Part shown: piece by piece, positions 19,061 to 28,304 of the stretch
Layout: each line of letters starts with the position of its first letter
How positions within the stretch are numbered: the first letter of the stretch is position 1
Assembly: GCA_019749855.1 (NCBI GenBank)
Contig: JAIEPI010000115.1
Location: 1-44,689, forward strand
Reading direction: 5' to 3'
From: Rickettsiales bacterium
GTDB lineage: Bacteria > Pseudomonadota > Alphaproteobacteria > Rickettsiales > UBA998
Length of the DNA: 44,689 nucleotides
Translations under genes and position numbers: made by a program
Notes under the pieces: model-generated
Told to the model about the DNA's origin: nothing
Database searches by the model: none
What the model saw: only the letters and a program-made list of their open reading frames with translations

Positions 19061-19612
19061 TTATGCAGCTTTACGTGTTTGAACAATCGGGAAGTCAATT
19101 TCCGTTTTTGCTACTTCATTGATGTAATTTGTCCAAGTGTTGAGGGCAACATGCTGCACGATTTCTATCACTTGTGCATCATCATAGCCTGCTTCTTTCA
19201 CTGCTTTTACATCTGCATCGCTAACATGACCACGCTCCTCCGCTACTTTTACGGCAAACTTCACTGCGGCAGCAGCTTTGAGGTCGTTTGATGTACCGTT
19301 GCGGTTGGCGTCGATTTCATTATCATCTAGCTTAGCGAGGTTTTTGCCAAGATAGGTGTGCGCCGAGAGGCAGTAATTGCAGCCATTCACTTCAGCAACA
19401 GCGAGTGCAATGCGTTCGCGGGTGGCAGCAGGCAAAACACCTTTGCTGAGTGCACCTGACATTCCGAGATAGCCTTCCAAAGCCGCTGGACTGTTGGATA
19501 CCAACCTGAACAAGTTAGGAACTGAGCCGAGCATTTTGTGAACGGCTTGAAGAAACGATTGTGAAGCGGCAGGTGCGGCTTCAACGGTAGCTGGGGTTGG
19601 AATACGTGACAT
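19061..19612 (-). CDS. carboxymuconolactone decarboxylase / AhpD-like family protein
   Basis: The ATG at 19612 follows AAAGGAG. It carries the AhpD-core motif EVNGCNYCLSAH (CxxC..H). Confidence 0.75.
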   Translation of the reverse strand: MSRIPTPATVEAAPAASQSFLQAVHKMLGSVPNLFRLVSNSPAALEGYLGMSGALSKGVLPAATRERIALAVAEVNGCNYCLSAHTYLGKNLAKLDDNEIDANRNGTSNDLKAAAAVKFAVKVAEERGHVSDADVKAVKEAGYDDAQVIEIVQHVALNTWTNYINEVAKTEIDFPIVQTRKAA

Positions 19613-19671
19613 GGTAAACTCCTTTGATTCATTGTTAAACGTGACCTTAAAGAGGGGCACATCTTTAATAT

Positions 19672-19718
19672 ACAGACCTGTCTATATGTTGGCAAGTAAA
19701 AAGTAGACAGACTTGTCT
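19672..19718. promoter_or_regulatory. two palindromic operator candidates in the AhpD-like/TetR divergent intergenic region
   Basis: ACAGACCTGTCT (19672-19683) and ACAGACTTGTCT (19707-19718), with arms CAGAC/GTCTG. Confidence 0.5.
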
Positions 19719-19756
19719 GTTTGTGTTATGGTAGAGGTATTAAAACTGGAATATTT

Positions 19757-20380
19757 ATGATAATCAATGCTTTAAAAGACGGTACAGATTTGCGCCACCG
19801 CGATCCTAAGGAGCTGCCTGTACGTGAAAAAATACTGAGAAGCGCGGTCATTCTATTTAATCGTCATGGTGTGCATACCACGGGGATCGATACCATTATC
19901 GCCGATTCCGGTGCTGCAAAAATGTCTTTTTATAAGCATTACCCCTCAAAAGGCAAGCTGGTACTAGAGTATCTGCGTTATAAAGACCTGTTTTGGTTCG
20001 CGGGCTTGAAAAAATATACCGATGATATATCCCTCACTCCGAAAGATAGGCTGCTTGGTATATTTGATTTTTTCAAAGACTGGTTTTCAGAACCTGATTT
20101 TCGTGGCTGTCCCTTCATCAAAGGTCTTTCTGAATTTGATGCTGGTTATGATACAGAAGTGCTGGAATGTATTGGATCGCATTTTTCCAAAACCCAACAG
20201 ATTGTGCATGAACGCCTCTCTGATCTATATGGGGAGACAAACGCCACATCGCTCACCCCTAAATTTATGAGCTTAATTGCTGGTGCGACCATCGTCGCAC
20301 AAGCGACAGGAGCTCCAGAAATTGCAGGGGTAAATAAAGAAATCGCAGAAACCTTGCTTGCCCAATATCAAATAAATTAG
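19757..20380 (+). CDS. TetR/AcrR-family transcriptional regulator
   Basis: N-terminal [47 protein letters not shown] prefer the ATG at 19757. Confidence 0.85.
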   Translation: MIINALKDGTDLRHRDPKELPVREKILRSAVILFNRHGVHTTGIDTIIADSGAAKMSFYKHYPSKGKLVLEYLRYKDLFWFAGLKKYTDDISLTPKDRLLGIFDFFKDWFSEPDFRGCPFIKGLSEFDAGYDTEVLECIGSHFSKTQQIVHERLSDLYGETNATSLTPKFMSLIAGATIVAQATGAPEIAGVNKEIAETLLAQYQIN

Positions 20381-20391
20381 AGAGAATCTTT

Positions 20392-20856
20392 ATGTCGCGT
20401 CCGCCACTACCACCATTTAATCACGAAACCGCCACGCAAAAAACGCGTATGGCTGAGGATGGTTGGAACAGCCGCGATCCAGCGCGTGTTGCCCTTGCCT
20501 ATACAGCCGATAGCCAGTGGCGCAACCGAAGCGAATTTTTGCAAGGCCGCGAGGCTATCGAAAAATTCCTCACCGCCAAATGGCAGCGCGAGCAGCAATA
20601 TCGATTGGTGAAAGAACTCTGGGCATTCACTGGCAATCATATCGCTGTGCGCTTTCAATACGAGTGGCATGACGATAAGGGGAAGTGGTGGCGCTCCTAC
20701 GGTAACGAGCAATGGGAATTCGCCGAAAATGGCTTGATGCAACGCCGCGAAGCCAGCATCAATGACGTGGCCATCACCGAAGCAGACCGCAAATTTCGCT
20801 GGCCGCTTGGCATTCGTCCGGATAATCATCCTGGTTTAGCGCCACAACCTTTATAG
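20392..20856 (+). CDS. DUF1348 (NTF2/SnoaL-like) family protein
   Basis: PPF..ETA..K.R.AED.WNSRDP..V...YT.DS.WRNR.EF..GR..I..FL..KW..E..YRL.KELW is the pattern characteristic of this family, as I recall it. Confidence 0.65.
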   Translation: MSRPPLPPFNHETATQKTRMAEDGWNSRDPARVALAYTADSQWRNRSEFLQGREAIEKFLTAKWQREQQYRLVKELWAFTGNHIAVRFQYEWHDDKGKWWRSYGNEQWEFAENGLMQRREASINDVAITEADRKFRWPLGIRPDNHPGLAPQPL

Positions 20857-20908
20857 GTTATCACGGCAACTTACAGGTGGTTTTAGCACTTACGCGTGAT
20901 TATCTATT

Positions 20909-20964
20909 TGGTGCCCCTGGCCCGACTCGAACGGGCACATCCGAAGATACTGCATTTTGAGTCA
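20909..20964 (-). pseudogene. second, sequence-distinct tRNA-Leu(CAA) 3' half
   Basis: The reverse complement reads CTCAAAA loop, TGCAG, variable arm ATC-TTCG-GAT, T arm GCCCG-TTCGAGT-CGGGC, acceptor CAGGGGC-A-CCA. The upstream sequence cannot pair with TGCAG, so the 5' half is absent. Confidence 0.75.
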
Positions 20965-21085
20965 GACACGGAAGCGCCCTGTTAGTTCACTATAAATCCA
21001 CACAAATTCCTATAATGCAAGATTTTTCAAGGTGTTCCGTTGGAGGGGGTATTACTACAAGTCCACATGGTTCAAGAGAGGTTTT

Positions 21086-21117
21086 TACCCACCGTGCCTA
21101 CTATGTGCCGACCAGAA
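21086..21117. repeat. conserved element-end block with tandem GTGCC(T/G)AC sites
   Basis: 31/32 identity with 18693-18724. It lies 68 nt from the integrase stop. Confidence 0.7.
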
Positions 21118-21184
21118 GACGAATGAGAGTTTCCAAATCTAATTTTGTTCGCACAAGATTTTTGCTCTGATGTGTCTACCAGAC

Positions 21185-22459
21185 TCACTTTTTCATGTTT
21201 TCTCGACGTTCCTCCAAGTTCACTACCACGTCATCTTTTTTCTGCAAAATGTCGTTTATCTTCGTACCCACTGCATCAGAAATTTGCTTCCTATGCGAAT
21301 CGACAAGGTGAGAATAACGCTTCGTGGTTTGCGGTGTCAAATGCCCTAAGAGCTGACCGATTTCTTCCAGCGTTAAGCCGGCCATAATAGCGAACGATGC
21401 AAACGCATGGCGCAGATCATGCTTCCGCAGGTTTGCCAGACCAGCTCGTTTCAGGATACGATGCCACATCTCGTTTGGTGGCGAATGATGCCTGCCGAGC
21501 TTTTCTTGCACCCCGACGAAGTAGCCTGGGAACAAATACGGATTGCCTACTACTCGCTCCAGCTTCTCAATTTCGGCCATCGCCAACGGTGAAAGGTTGA
21601 TTTTCTTTTTCCCCGTTTTGGAATCTGGAAGGTCTAAGGTATTTTCCTCATAGTTGATGTATTCCCATTTTGCGGTCAGCAACTCGCCTTGGCGCGCGCC
21701 AGTGTAAATCAACATACGGAAGAAAATCATCATGCTGCGTTCTTCGGTCTTATCCTCCTCGCACTGGTTGATGGTTTCAATCAGCTTGCGAAGTTCGCTT
21801 TCATTCAGATAGCGGTCGCGCTTATTCTCCTTGTAGCGTTTGATGCCAAGGCACGGATTGCTATTAGGCTCACGGATACCCCAATCCTCGCAAACACTCA
21901 TCATGTGCGAAAGGCAGGCAAGCGCACGGTTGGCGGTTATAGGTGTTTTATGCAACTTGCCATGCCACTCCTGAACATCTTTGCGCATAATATCTTCCAT
22001 CGCATGATTTCTGAAATGCGGCATAATCAGCGTTCTTAGCACCTCTTTTTTGCCTTTAACGGTGGAAGGCTTATTGTGGTGAGTGATATATTCATTCACG
22101 TAGCGTTCCTTGAAATCCTTGAGCAAAGTTTTGCCACGCTCAATTTCTCGCTTGTCGGCAGGATCATCACCCAATGCAATTTTGGCGTAATACTCTTTTG
22201 CCATTACCTTTGCTTGCTCGGGTGTAAGCGCACCATGCTTGCCAATCTTAATGCGTTTTTTGGGCGCATCACGACCGCCAGCTCCTTGCCGATAATCCAG
22301 CACGTAGATTTTAGAGCCGCTTGGCTCAATCTTAACTGAGAATCCTGGTATGTCAGAATCGTAAATATGATAGCGCCTATCCAGAATTGCGGCATTATCA
22401 ACAATGGATTTGGTTAGCTTCTGCTTCTTCGGTTGGTTGGTTGTGGTAGTGTTTTCCAT
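21185..22459 (-). CDS. int: P4-type tyrosine integrase with N-terminal arm-binding (DUF4102-like) domain
   Basis: N-terminal RYHIYDSDIPGFSVKIEPSGSKIYVLDYR and C-terminal HDLRHAFASFAIMAGLTLEEIGQLLGHLTPQTTKRYSHL. Confidence 0.9.
   Translation of the reverse strand: MENTTTTNQPKKQKLTKSIVDNAAILDRRYHIYDSDIPGFSVKIEPSGSKIYVLDYRQGAGGRDAPKKRIKIGKHGALTPEQAKVMAKEYYAKIALGDDPADKREIERGKTLLKDFKERYVNEYITHHNKPSTVKGKKEVLRTLIMPHFRNHAMEDIMRKDVQEWHGKLHKTPITANRALACLSHMMSVCEDWGIREPNSNPCLGIKRYKENKRDRYLNESELRKLIETINQCEEDKTEERSMMIFFRMLIYTGARQGELLTAKWEYINYEENTLDLPDSKTGKKKINLSPLAMAEIEKLERVVGNPYLFPGYFVGVQEKLGRHHSPPNEMWHRILKRAGLANLRKHDLRHAFASFAIMAGLTLEEIGQLLGHLTPQTTKRYSHLVDSHRKQISDAVGTKINDILQKKDDVVVNLEERRENMKK
22439..22450 (-). 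promoter_or_regulatory. 12-mer box ACTACCACAACC (inside integrase codons 4-7)
   Basis: Exact copy. It begins 6 nt after the ATG. Confidence 0.8.
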
Positions 22460-22477
22460 TTTGTGCCCCCTATGTTC

Positions 22478-22654
22478 CTATAATTCCTTTCGATTGATGT
22501 AATCTCGGTTCAGTTTGCCAAGGCTGTCCGTATGGTCGCGCAGGCGGATTTCTTGGTCGATGACCACTGCCGCCAACGTGCCTTCGTGCTGCTCCTTGAG
22601 AGCGCGTAACTCCTTCGTCGAACTCTCAAGGATTTTCTTCGTTAAATCGGTCAT
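22478..22654 (-). CDS. small coiled-coil protein (58 aa), not in the ORF track
   Basis: Hand-translated as MTDLTKKILESSTKELRALKEQHEGTLAAVVIDQEIRLRDHTDSLGKLNRDYINRKEL. The ATG overlaps the ATPase stop (ATGA), and the ORF ends 18 nt before the integrase ATG. Confidence 0.4.
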   Translation of the reverse strand: MTDLTKKILESSTKELRALKEQHEGTLAAVVIDQEIRLRDHTDSLGKLNRDYINRKEL

Positions 22655-24324
22655 GCTCTTAGCGCCTCCTGCGCAGCTGGTGGGTTGAATGGCTGCACCA
22701 CGCCTTCGATGACTGAATAGGTCTGACCAGTGCCGCGCGCGGACAAGTCAGGTGCATTTTCCTCTGGGCGTTTTGCCATGCACACCAGCGCAGGAATTCC
22801 TGTGGAGGTGACCATCGCCATCATTCCGGCACGGTTGCGGCGGTCATTGATTTCGTCAATGTCATCAATCACCAGCAATTCAGAACGGTCAGCCATTGCG
22901 ATTGCTGCCTGCAGAACAATGCGAACCGCATAGCGAGCTGATCGGGAAAGCAAGCTGTAGTGCCTTTGCCCACGCCAGATTTCTAAATCATTGTCTAGCC
23001 AGATATGCTCGCAGCCATAAGCCACGCTCAAAGGTTTCAGCACCTCTTCACAGAATTTTGTTATCTGCTGGTCGAGCTTTATCTTGCGAACACCGCTTTG
23101 ACCAAGTGCTGCCACCAGCTCCTTTTGCGTCAGGATGCGCTCATAAAGCTGCTGAGATTTATGGAAGGCATTGAAATCATCTAGCCTGCGTTCGGCTTTG
23201 GCGTAGGCGGTGCGCATGGCTTCTACGTCCACAGTCGCACCTCCCGTGCCGAGACTTTCCAATTTTTCTTTCGCTTTCTCAACCTCTGTGAGCTGGTGCT
23301 GTGCCAGTGTAACTTCATCACGAAGGCGGGTTACTTCGGCTATTTGAGTTTTCAGCTCTGCGCCAAGCTCGAAATATCTTTCCTTGATGCGCTCATCGAC
23401 CGTTTCTGCTTGGGTCAATTTTCGCTCCTGATTAAGCATGAGCTGTGAACCACAATCAGGGCAAACAAGCGGCTCATCGCCACTATAACCAAGCGCATTC
23501 AGGTCTTTCGTTAGGTCGGCATACTTGGTTTCTGCCGTTTGCAATTCTGCTTTTGCATCGGAAAGTCGCTTTTCATATTCTGGCAATCTATCCACCAAAG
23601 CCTTTGCCTGAGTGCGGTCAAATGCCGCTGCACCTTGAACTTTCAGCGAATCTTCCAGCTCCTTTTTTGCTTCGGCATAAGCAACCTCAAGGTCAGTGCG
23701 CTCGGCACGTTCCAAATCCATTTCCCAAGTAGCAGGTCGCCAGTTGCCGGCAGATGATACATTCCACTTGGTTTCGCCTGTGGCGTTTTTCCATTGCCCT
23801 GTCAGATCTGCTTCATCGGATTTTGCCGAGGCGTGAGCTTCATCCCAGCCTGATTCCTGAATCTGCTTCCAAATATCTGGCAACTGGTGGTCAAGGCTTT
23901 TTGGCAATTTCACCTTGAGGTCATCAAGCGTGGGATTGGCTTTGAGCAGACTGATAAAATAGGCAACCTTCTCGGTATTGCTCAAACTGAAAATGCTTTT
24001 AAGCCCAACGGCAAACTCAGATGCCTGAACAGGTTTGCCCTGTCCGTTAATCTTACATTCTGCAAGCGGCCAAGAAATCGCAGTGGCAACGTCATCACGC
24101 CCAAGCTCAACTTTGCCGCTCTTGGCGCCATCATGCACCAGCATTTTGGCATCCTTCTTTGCTATATGGCGTGGCAATGGCTGTTGTGCTGCTGCAAGTG
24201 CTACTGCCTGCGCGATGCTGGATTTGCCATTTTCATTTTCGCCCACCAATAGCGCCACTGGCGCAATGGAAAAGCTGGCTTCTTTTATTTTCCTGAAATT
24301 GTTTATGTTTACGGTGATAGTCAT
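22651..24324 (-). CDS. Rad50/SbcC-like AAA ATPase with central coiled coil and CxxC hook
   Basis: Walker A GENENGKSS at the N-terminus, a long heptad-rich middle with CPDCGS near its centre, and Walker B LLVIDDIDE near the C-terminus. Confidence 0.7.
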   Translation of the reverse strand: MTITVNINNFRKIKEASFSIAPVALLVGENENGKSSIAQAVALAAAQQPLPRHIAKKDAKMLVHDGAKSGKVELGRDDVATAISWPLAECKINGQGKPVQASEFAVGLKSIFSLSNTEKVAYFISLLKANPTLDDLKVKLPKSLDHQLPDIWKQIQESGWDEAHASAKSDEADLTGQWKNATGETKWNVSSAGNWRPATWEMDLERAERTDLEVAYAEAKKELEDSLKVQGAAAFDRTQAKALVDRLPEYEKRLSDAKAELQTAETKYADLTKDLNALGYSGDEPLVCPDCGSQLMLNQERKLTQAETVDERIKERYFELGAELKTQIAEVTRLRDEVTLAQHQLTEVEKAKEKLESLGTGGATVDVEAMRTAYAKAERRLDDFNAFHKSQQLYERILTQKELVAALGQSGVRKIKLDQQITKFCEEVLKPLSVAYGCEHIWLDNDLEIWRGQRHYSLLSRSARYAVRIVLQAAIAMADRSELLVIDDIDEINDRRNRAGMMAMVTSTGIPALVCMAKRPEENAPDLSARGTGQTYSVIEGVVQPFNPPAAQEALRA

Positions 24325-24326
24325 AG

Positions 24327-25361
24327 TTAAAATCCTCCTGTGTCGTGTTGGTTAAAAGATGCGGGGTGTCCTGGCGGTGGGCCATCCATCGTTTGATTCG
24401 GCTTTGGCACAGAATTCTTTGCAGCGAGCGGCTGAGGCTGCTTTTTGTCATTCAGGTTAATGCTTGGCAGCGGCTTTTCGCTTTCGCTCGGTGCTGGCAA
24501 TGCTGTGGCAGAAACCACCGCATCCAGCTCTGCACTATCTTTGATGAAAGCGATGCTGCGCAGATCGAGCTTGCCGATTTCCGAGAAATCATCGAGCTGG
24601 GCTGCACGTTTCATCTGTGTGGTAAGCGGCAATTGCTTGCAGGCTTGCTTGATGGATGATTTCATGCACATCGGCTTCGCCCATTTCACCCATGCGGTGT
24701 CGGCAAAGAGCTTTTCAGCCTTGAGTTTTTCCTTAGCGTCATTGCCAGCCGCTGCAATGGCATCACGCAAATAGCGGTAGGTATCGGAGCTTTCCCGAAT
24801 CTTAATCAGGTCACCGCGCGGCACAACAATCGGGATTTTTACATTCGGATTTTCCGTGAACATCACCACGCAATACGAGGCAATGATATTATCAAAATCC
24901 GCATCATCGGTTTCGCGCTCTAAAGACGGTTCATGCGTTAAAAACGCTTGCCCACTGTCATACTTAAAGGATTCGCCACGGTAGATGACGTTAGTGGTTA
25001 TCGCAAAAATGCTTGGCGATTGATAGGACAGATAGAGAAATCCTCGGTTGCCAATCTGGAACGTGCATTCCATTTTTGTTTTCCAAGTGTTTGTTTCCTT
25101 GTCTTTGAAGTTGCGCTTGCGCGGGATAAGAAAAGCCTGCTGGAGCGGCGTGTTAGGCTCCAAGCCAAGTGATGCCGCTGCCATAAATGCACCAAGCACT
25201 GTTTCAGGTTCGCAGTGCTTCAAATCAGGGCTTTTATCGAGGCAGTTCACCGCCAGATTCAGCATCCTGTCGGGTGTCATATATTCAGGCACTACTTTTT
25301 CCAGTGCCTTCTTCGTTGCTGGTTTATTCAGCAGGTCGAAAATCGTTAGGTTCTTTTCCAT
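24327..25361 (-). CDS. recT: RecT-family single-strand annealing protein
   Basis: AASLGLEPNTPLQQAFLIPRK ... FQIGNRGFLYLSYQS ... VIYRGESFKYD fits the RecT pattern. The gene is tightly packed between the nuclease and the ATPase. Confidence 0.7.
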   Translation of the reverse strand: MEKNLTIFDLLNKPATKKALEKVVPEYMTPDRMLNLAVNCLDKSPDLKHCEPETVLGAFMAAASLGLEPNTPLQQAFLIPRKRNFKDKETNTWKTKMECTFQIGNRGFLYLSYQSPSIFAITTNVIYRGESFKYDSGQAFLTHEPSLERETDDADFDNIIASYCVVMFTENPNVKIPIVVPRGDLIKIRESSDTYRYLRDAIAAAGNDAKEKLKAEKLFADTAWVKWAKPMCMKSSIKQACKQLPLTTQMKRAAQLDDFSEIGKLDLRSIAFIKDSAELDAVVSATALPAPSESEKPLPSINLNDKKQPQPLAAKNSVPKPNQTMDGPPPGHPASFNQHDTGGF

Positions 25362-25363
25362 TT

Positions 25364-26176
25364 TTACTCTCCTTTGTTTTTATGTTCGCGGCAAAACTCT
25401 GTTCCCCACACTGGGCAGAATCGGTCAGAACAAAGCATTGACTGCGGGTTGGCGATAAATGACGTGGGGTCACCTGTTTCTCGGTATTCCGCCACATCAC
25501 GCTTGAGTCCTTTCAGGATGCCGCGCGCGGCGTTCATCGCCACGTCCACGTCATAATGATAGGTTTCTGGTTCTGGCTCGCGCTTGCGCGGCAGATAATC
25601 TTCAATGATGCTTTCAACCGTGCGGCCATGTGCCATGCACAGCATTCCGTATGCGCCGTATTGCGAGATATGGGCGCGGCTCGCTGCACCAGTTTTTAGG
25701 TCACGGATAGTAACCAGTTCACGAACATCGAATTTTCCTGACAGCACATAGCCATCACCGATATTGGCTTCCAGCCTGATTTCTACTTCAACAGGCTGAA
25801 TGCCTGGGGCAACTTTCAGGCGGTAAATATTCACCAGTGTTTTGAGCTGTAGCTCGGCGCGGTCATAGGTCGGCGTGGTGGAATCATAAACAATGCCTTC
25901 CATGTTTTGAATCGTGTGGAAGGTTTCAAACGCCATATCCATTGCCTCGGACGCATTGCCGAGTGAACCGTCTTTGATTTTTTGCGACAGCGAAAAGTTG
26001 GCGGCTTCATGGGTGCTTGTGCCAAGCGCAGCACCAACTCCTTGCGATGTTTCCCTAAACGTATAGCCCTGCGCAGCCAATTCTTCCCAAAGCAGCTTTG
26101 CCCCCGTGCGACGAGCACAATCAGCGTATGAAGGCAGGCTCGATGACCTGATGACGATTGGTTTAGTAGTGGGCAT
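25364..26176 (-). CDS. PD-(D/E)XK nuclease, Cas4/RecB-like with Cys cluster
   Basis: D...DLK motif (FDVRELVTIRDLKTG), one N-terminal Cys (YADCARR) and a C-terminal CSDRFCPVWGTEFC, as in 4Fe-4S Cas4/AddB-type nucleases. Confidence 0.6.
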   Translation of the reverse strand: MPTTKPIVIRSSSLPSYADCARRTGAKLLWEELAAQGYTFRETSQGVGAALGTSTHEAANFSLSQKIKDGSLGNASEAMDMAFETFHTIQNMEGIVYDSTTPTYDRAELQLKTLVNIYRLKVAPGIQPVEVEIRLEANIGDGYVLSGKFDVRELVTIRDLKTGAASRAHISQYGAYGMLCMAHGRTVESIIEDYLPRKREPEPETYHYDVDVAMNAARGILKGLKRDVAEYRETGDPTSFIANPQSMLCSDRFCPVWGTEFCREHKNKGE

Positions 26177-26717
26177 AGCGCGGCGGCCTCCTATGCCTTT
26201 TCTTTTTTGGCTTAGGCATCCTTTCGTTATGCCAAGCCAAAATGTTCTGCCTGTTTGCGCCTTGGCAAACAGCGATTACCTGTTGGCAACGCTCAATGCC
26301 GAACAAGCCAATATGACAGTGTTCCTTGATATTCTCGATGCCAAGCCGTTCACCAAGCCATGAATAAACAGCGTTTCGATATCGCTTGCGGATTTGCGCG
26401 TGTAGGTTTTCCTCATCACGTCCCCACAGCGGATCGAGCGCATTATGCGCGGCAATTCTCCATCGCTTTGTTTCTGCATCCGCAGGGATACCCAGCGGTT
26501 TACCGTCAGGATGCGCCCCGTGTGTGGCACGGCAGCTTGGAAAGTTGATGCAGCCATAAAACGGACGATTGTATTTATGGCTCTCACGCAGAACCATCTC
26601 ACCGCCACACTCTGGGCAATCAAGGACGGTGGATAATGGGTAAATGTCAGCCAGCCGCGGGCGGGTGACAAAGTGAGTTTGTACGGCGGTTACCATCCAG
26701 ACCTCCCAACATTGCAT
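26163..26717 (-). CDS. zinc-finger protein (topoisomerase-type C4 finger)
   Basis: CPECGGEMVLRE...YGCINFPSCRATHG. Confidence 0.55.
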   Translation of the reverse strand: MQCWEVWMVTAVQTHFVTRPRLADIYPLSTVLDCPECGGEMVLRESHKYNRPFYGCINFPSCRATHGAHPDGKPLGIPADAETKRWRIAAHNALDPLWGRDEENLHAQIRKRYRNAVYSWLGERLGIENIKEHCHIGLFGIERCQQVIAVCQGANRQNILAWHNERMPKPKKKRHRRPPRYAHY

Positions 26718-27040
26718 AATTGATGTGCGGATAATGTGGCGGCGGAGCGGTATTCTCTCGCATCGCGCTCGCGTTCTTCGTTCCAGCTGTCGAGCTCATC
26801 TATCAGATCATCATGGAAGGTGATGGACACGGTTTTGCCGGTGGCATCTATCTCGTGGCAGTATGCGCCAAAGTATTGAAAGCCGTGCCTGCGCCAGCCA
26901 TGAGCATAATCATCCAGTTCCTGCATGGCGTCGTCATAGGAAGCGCAAGCCTCGCTTTCAATTCTGACCTCACGGCTGGGCTTGCCCGTAACTGGGTGCT
27001 TCGTAGTTTTTTCCCAAGCATTAAACCAAAGTTGCGGCAT
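26690..27040 (-). CDS. hypothetical protein
   Basis: 116-aa ORF in the leftward operon. It overlaps its neighbours by about 20-28 nt. Confidence 0.45.
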   Translation of the reverse strand: MPQLWFNAWEKTTKHPVTGKPSREVRIESEACASYDDAMQELDDYAHGWRRHGFQYFGAYCHEIDATGKTVSITFHDDLIDELDSWNEERERDAREYRSAATLSAHQLCNVGRSGW

Positions 27041-27209
27041 AGAAGCCTCCTTCTGGTTCTTCGCTGAAACGCTGCCGTTGTCCGTTCAACTCGTGCAGAA
27101 TTTCATCGTCAGCAATAACGTGCCGACCTCGTATCTCTAATTTGCCGAAATGCAGTGGTGCATCGGCGCAGTTATCCTCATCGGAAAATGCGTGTTTCCC
27201 TCTCGTCAT
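27021..27209 (-). CDS. hypothetical small protein, first gene of the leftward operon
   Basis: 62-aa ORF preceded by GAGG and the 12-mer-box leader. Confidence 0.4.
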   Translation of the reverse strand: MTRGKHAFSDEDNCADAPLHFGKLEIRGRHVIADDEILHELNGQRQRFSEEPEGGFYAATLV

Positions 27210-27232
27210 AGTTAGCCTCGTGGTCTTTTGGT

Positions 27233-27244
27233 GGTTGTGGTAGC
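27233..27244 (-). promoter_or_regulatory. 12-mer box variant GCTACCACAACC
   Basis: 11/12 match, 23 nt upstream of the ATG at 27209. Confidence 0.75.
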
Positions 27245-27261
27245 TTCATATCATTTATACA

Positions 27262-27278
27262 GTAGCTTTGTTAGCTAC
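27262..27278. promoter_or_regulatory. operator candidate GTAGCT-N5-AGCTAC overlapping the leftward promoter
   Basis: Perfect inverted repeat gtagctttgttagctac between the repressor gene and the leftward operon. Related half-degenerate copies lie at 28415-28431 and 28443-28459. Confidence 0.55.
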
Positions 27279-27386
27279 TTGTAACATTGCAGGTATGCTA
27301 AAATACGTCAAGCGAAATCGACCTCCGCGCACGAAAAATCGCCGCGCAAAGCCGCGCACACTCAAGAGCTTAGGGGAGTAAGGGGA

Positions 27387-28304
27387 TTAAGGCTGAATCG
27401 TTACAGCCAGCTTTGCCGCGTTAGAAAGCGCACTTTCTTCAACGCTTCCATCCAGCAAAGAATGCAGGCGATACTTGCCACGCTGATGGCTGCGCTCCAC
27501 AAGGCGCAGGCTCACTCTTCCATCTGGAAAGGTGACAATGCAGGTGGCATCAAGGCAATCATCTGGCACACCTTGCTTTGATTCATTATAGAAAACTACG
27601 ATTCCATCTTTTGCATACGGATGAACGGTTGGACCTTTCATCTCAACGGCTCGGCCGTGTTTCTCATCAATGCCTGCGGGCGCCTCAATGGTCTTTCTAT
27701 CTTCCTCGGCATATAGAAGCACCTGACCGTTCTTGAGCGAGAAGTAGCCAACGATCGGCACTCCATCGGAACTGCCTTTTTGGGAAAGGAAAGCCTGAAA
27801 CCTCGGCGAAAAATTATACTTGTAATAACTGCGGAGCTTTTCCAGTTGCTTCATCTGCAAGCCCTGCGGCTTTTTGTCATTAAACAGGCGGCTGATCGTG
27901 GTTTCGTCAATGCCCGCATTGCGTCCTAAATCAACACGATAGATACCTTTCGCCAAAGCCAAATCGGTTATGTATTGCTTGCAGAACTTGGCGTGCTGGC
28001 TGATCTTCGCCTTGTCCTCGTCCATATTGTAAATCAGGTTGGTGGCAAAGCCGGGCTCCAGACCGTAGGCTTTATACAGCAGGAAAACCACTCGCTCTGA
28101 AAGCGTGCGGTCGCCTGGGCGAGTTTGCGCATCATTATAGAACTGGCGCAGTGTTTCCTTGCCCACTGGCTTGCCGCCATACTTATCCGCCAGCAGGTTG
28201 CAGGCTTCGGTCATTTGCAGAAAGTTATCTCCAAAGCGCGACTGAATATCATCCAGCCAGCTCTTTTGTGCGTGTCGAAGTTTCTTTGTATCAAGTTGTG
28301 TCAT
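27387..28304 (-). CDS. CI/LexA-like repressor (HTH plus S24-like C-terminal domain with substituted catalytic residues)
   Basis: HTH around GIDETTISRLFND. The C-terminal segment VEMKGPTVHPYAKDGIVVF parallels V.GDSM.P.I.DGD, but with GPT in place of GDS. Confidence 0.6.
   Translation of the reverse strand: MTQLDTKKLRHAQKSWLDDIQSRFGDNFLQMTEACNLLADKYGGKPVGKETLRQFYNDAQTRPGDRTLSERVVFLLYKAYGLEPGFATNLIYNMDEDKAKISQHAKFCKQYITDLALAKGIYRVDLGRNAGIDETTISRLFNDKKPQGLQMKQLEKLRSYYKYNFSPRFQAFLSQKGSSDGVPIVGYFSLKNGQVLLYAEEDRKTIEAPAGIDEKHGRAVEMKGPTVHPYAKDGIVVFYNESKQGVPDDCLDATCIVTFPDGRVSLRLVERSHQRGKYRLHSLLDGSVEESALSNAAKLAVTIQP

Larger units (their letters stand above)
18573..20908. mobile_element. integrase-less remnant of an element related to the large element at 20965 onward
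   Basis: The first ~150 nt are homologous to 20965-21117, including a near-identical 32-nt block. It is flanked by two tRNA-Leu 3' halves. Confidence 0.45.

Noticed and set aside
22651-24324. SMC-like ATPase as a Lamassu/other SMC-type defence system core
   Set aside because: There is no adjacent effector-type (LmuA-like) gene. The ATPase is translationally packed with RecT and a Cas4-like nuclease in a PL-like operon, so a recombination role is the more economical reading. It is kept only as an alternative in a finding.
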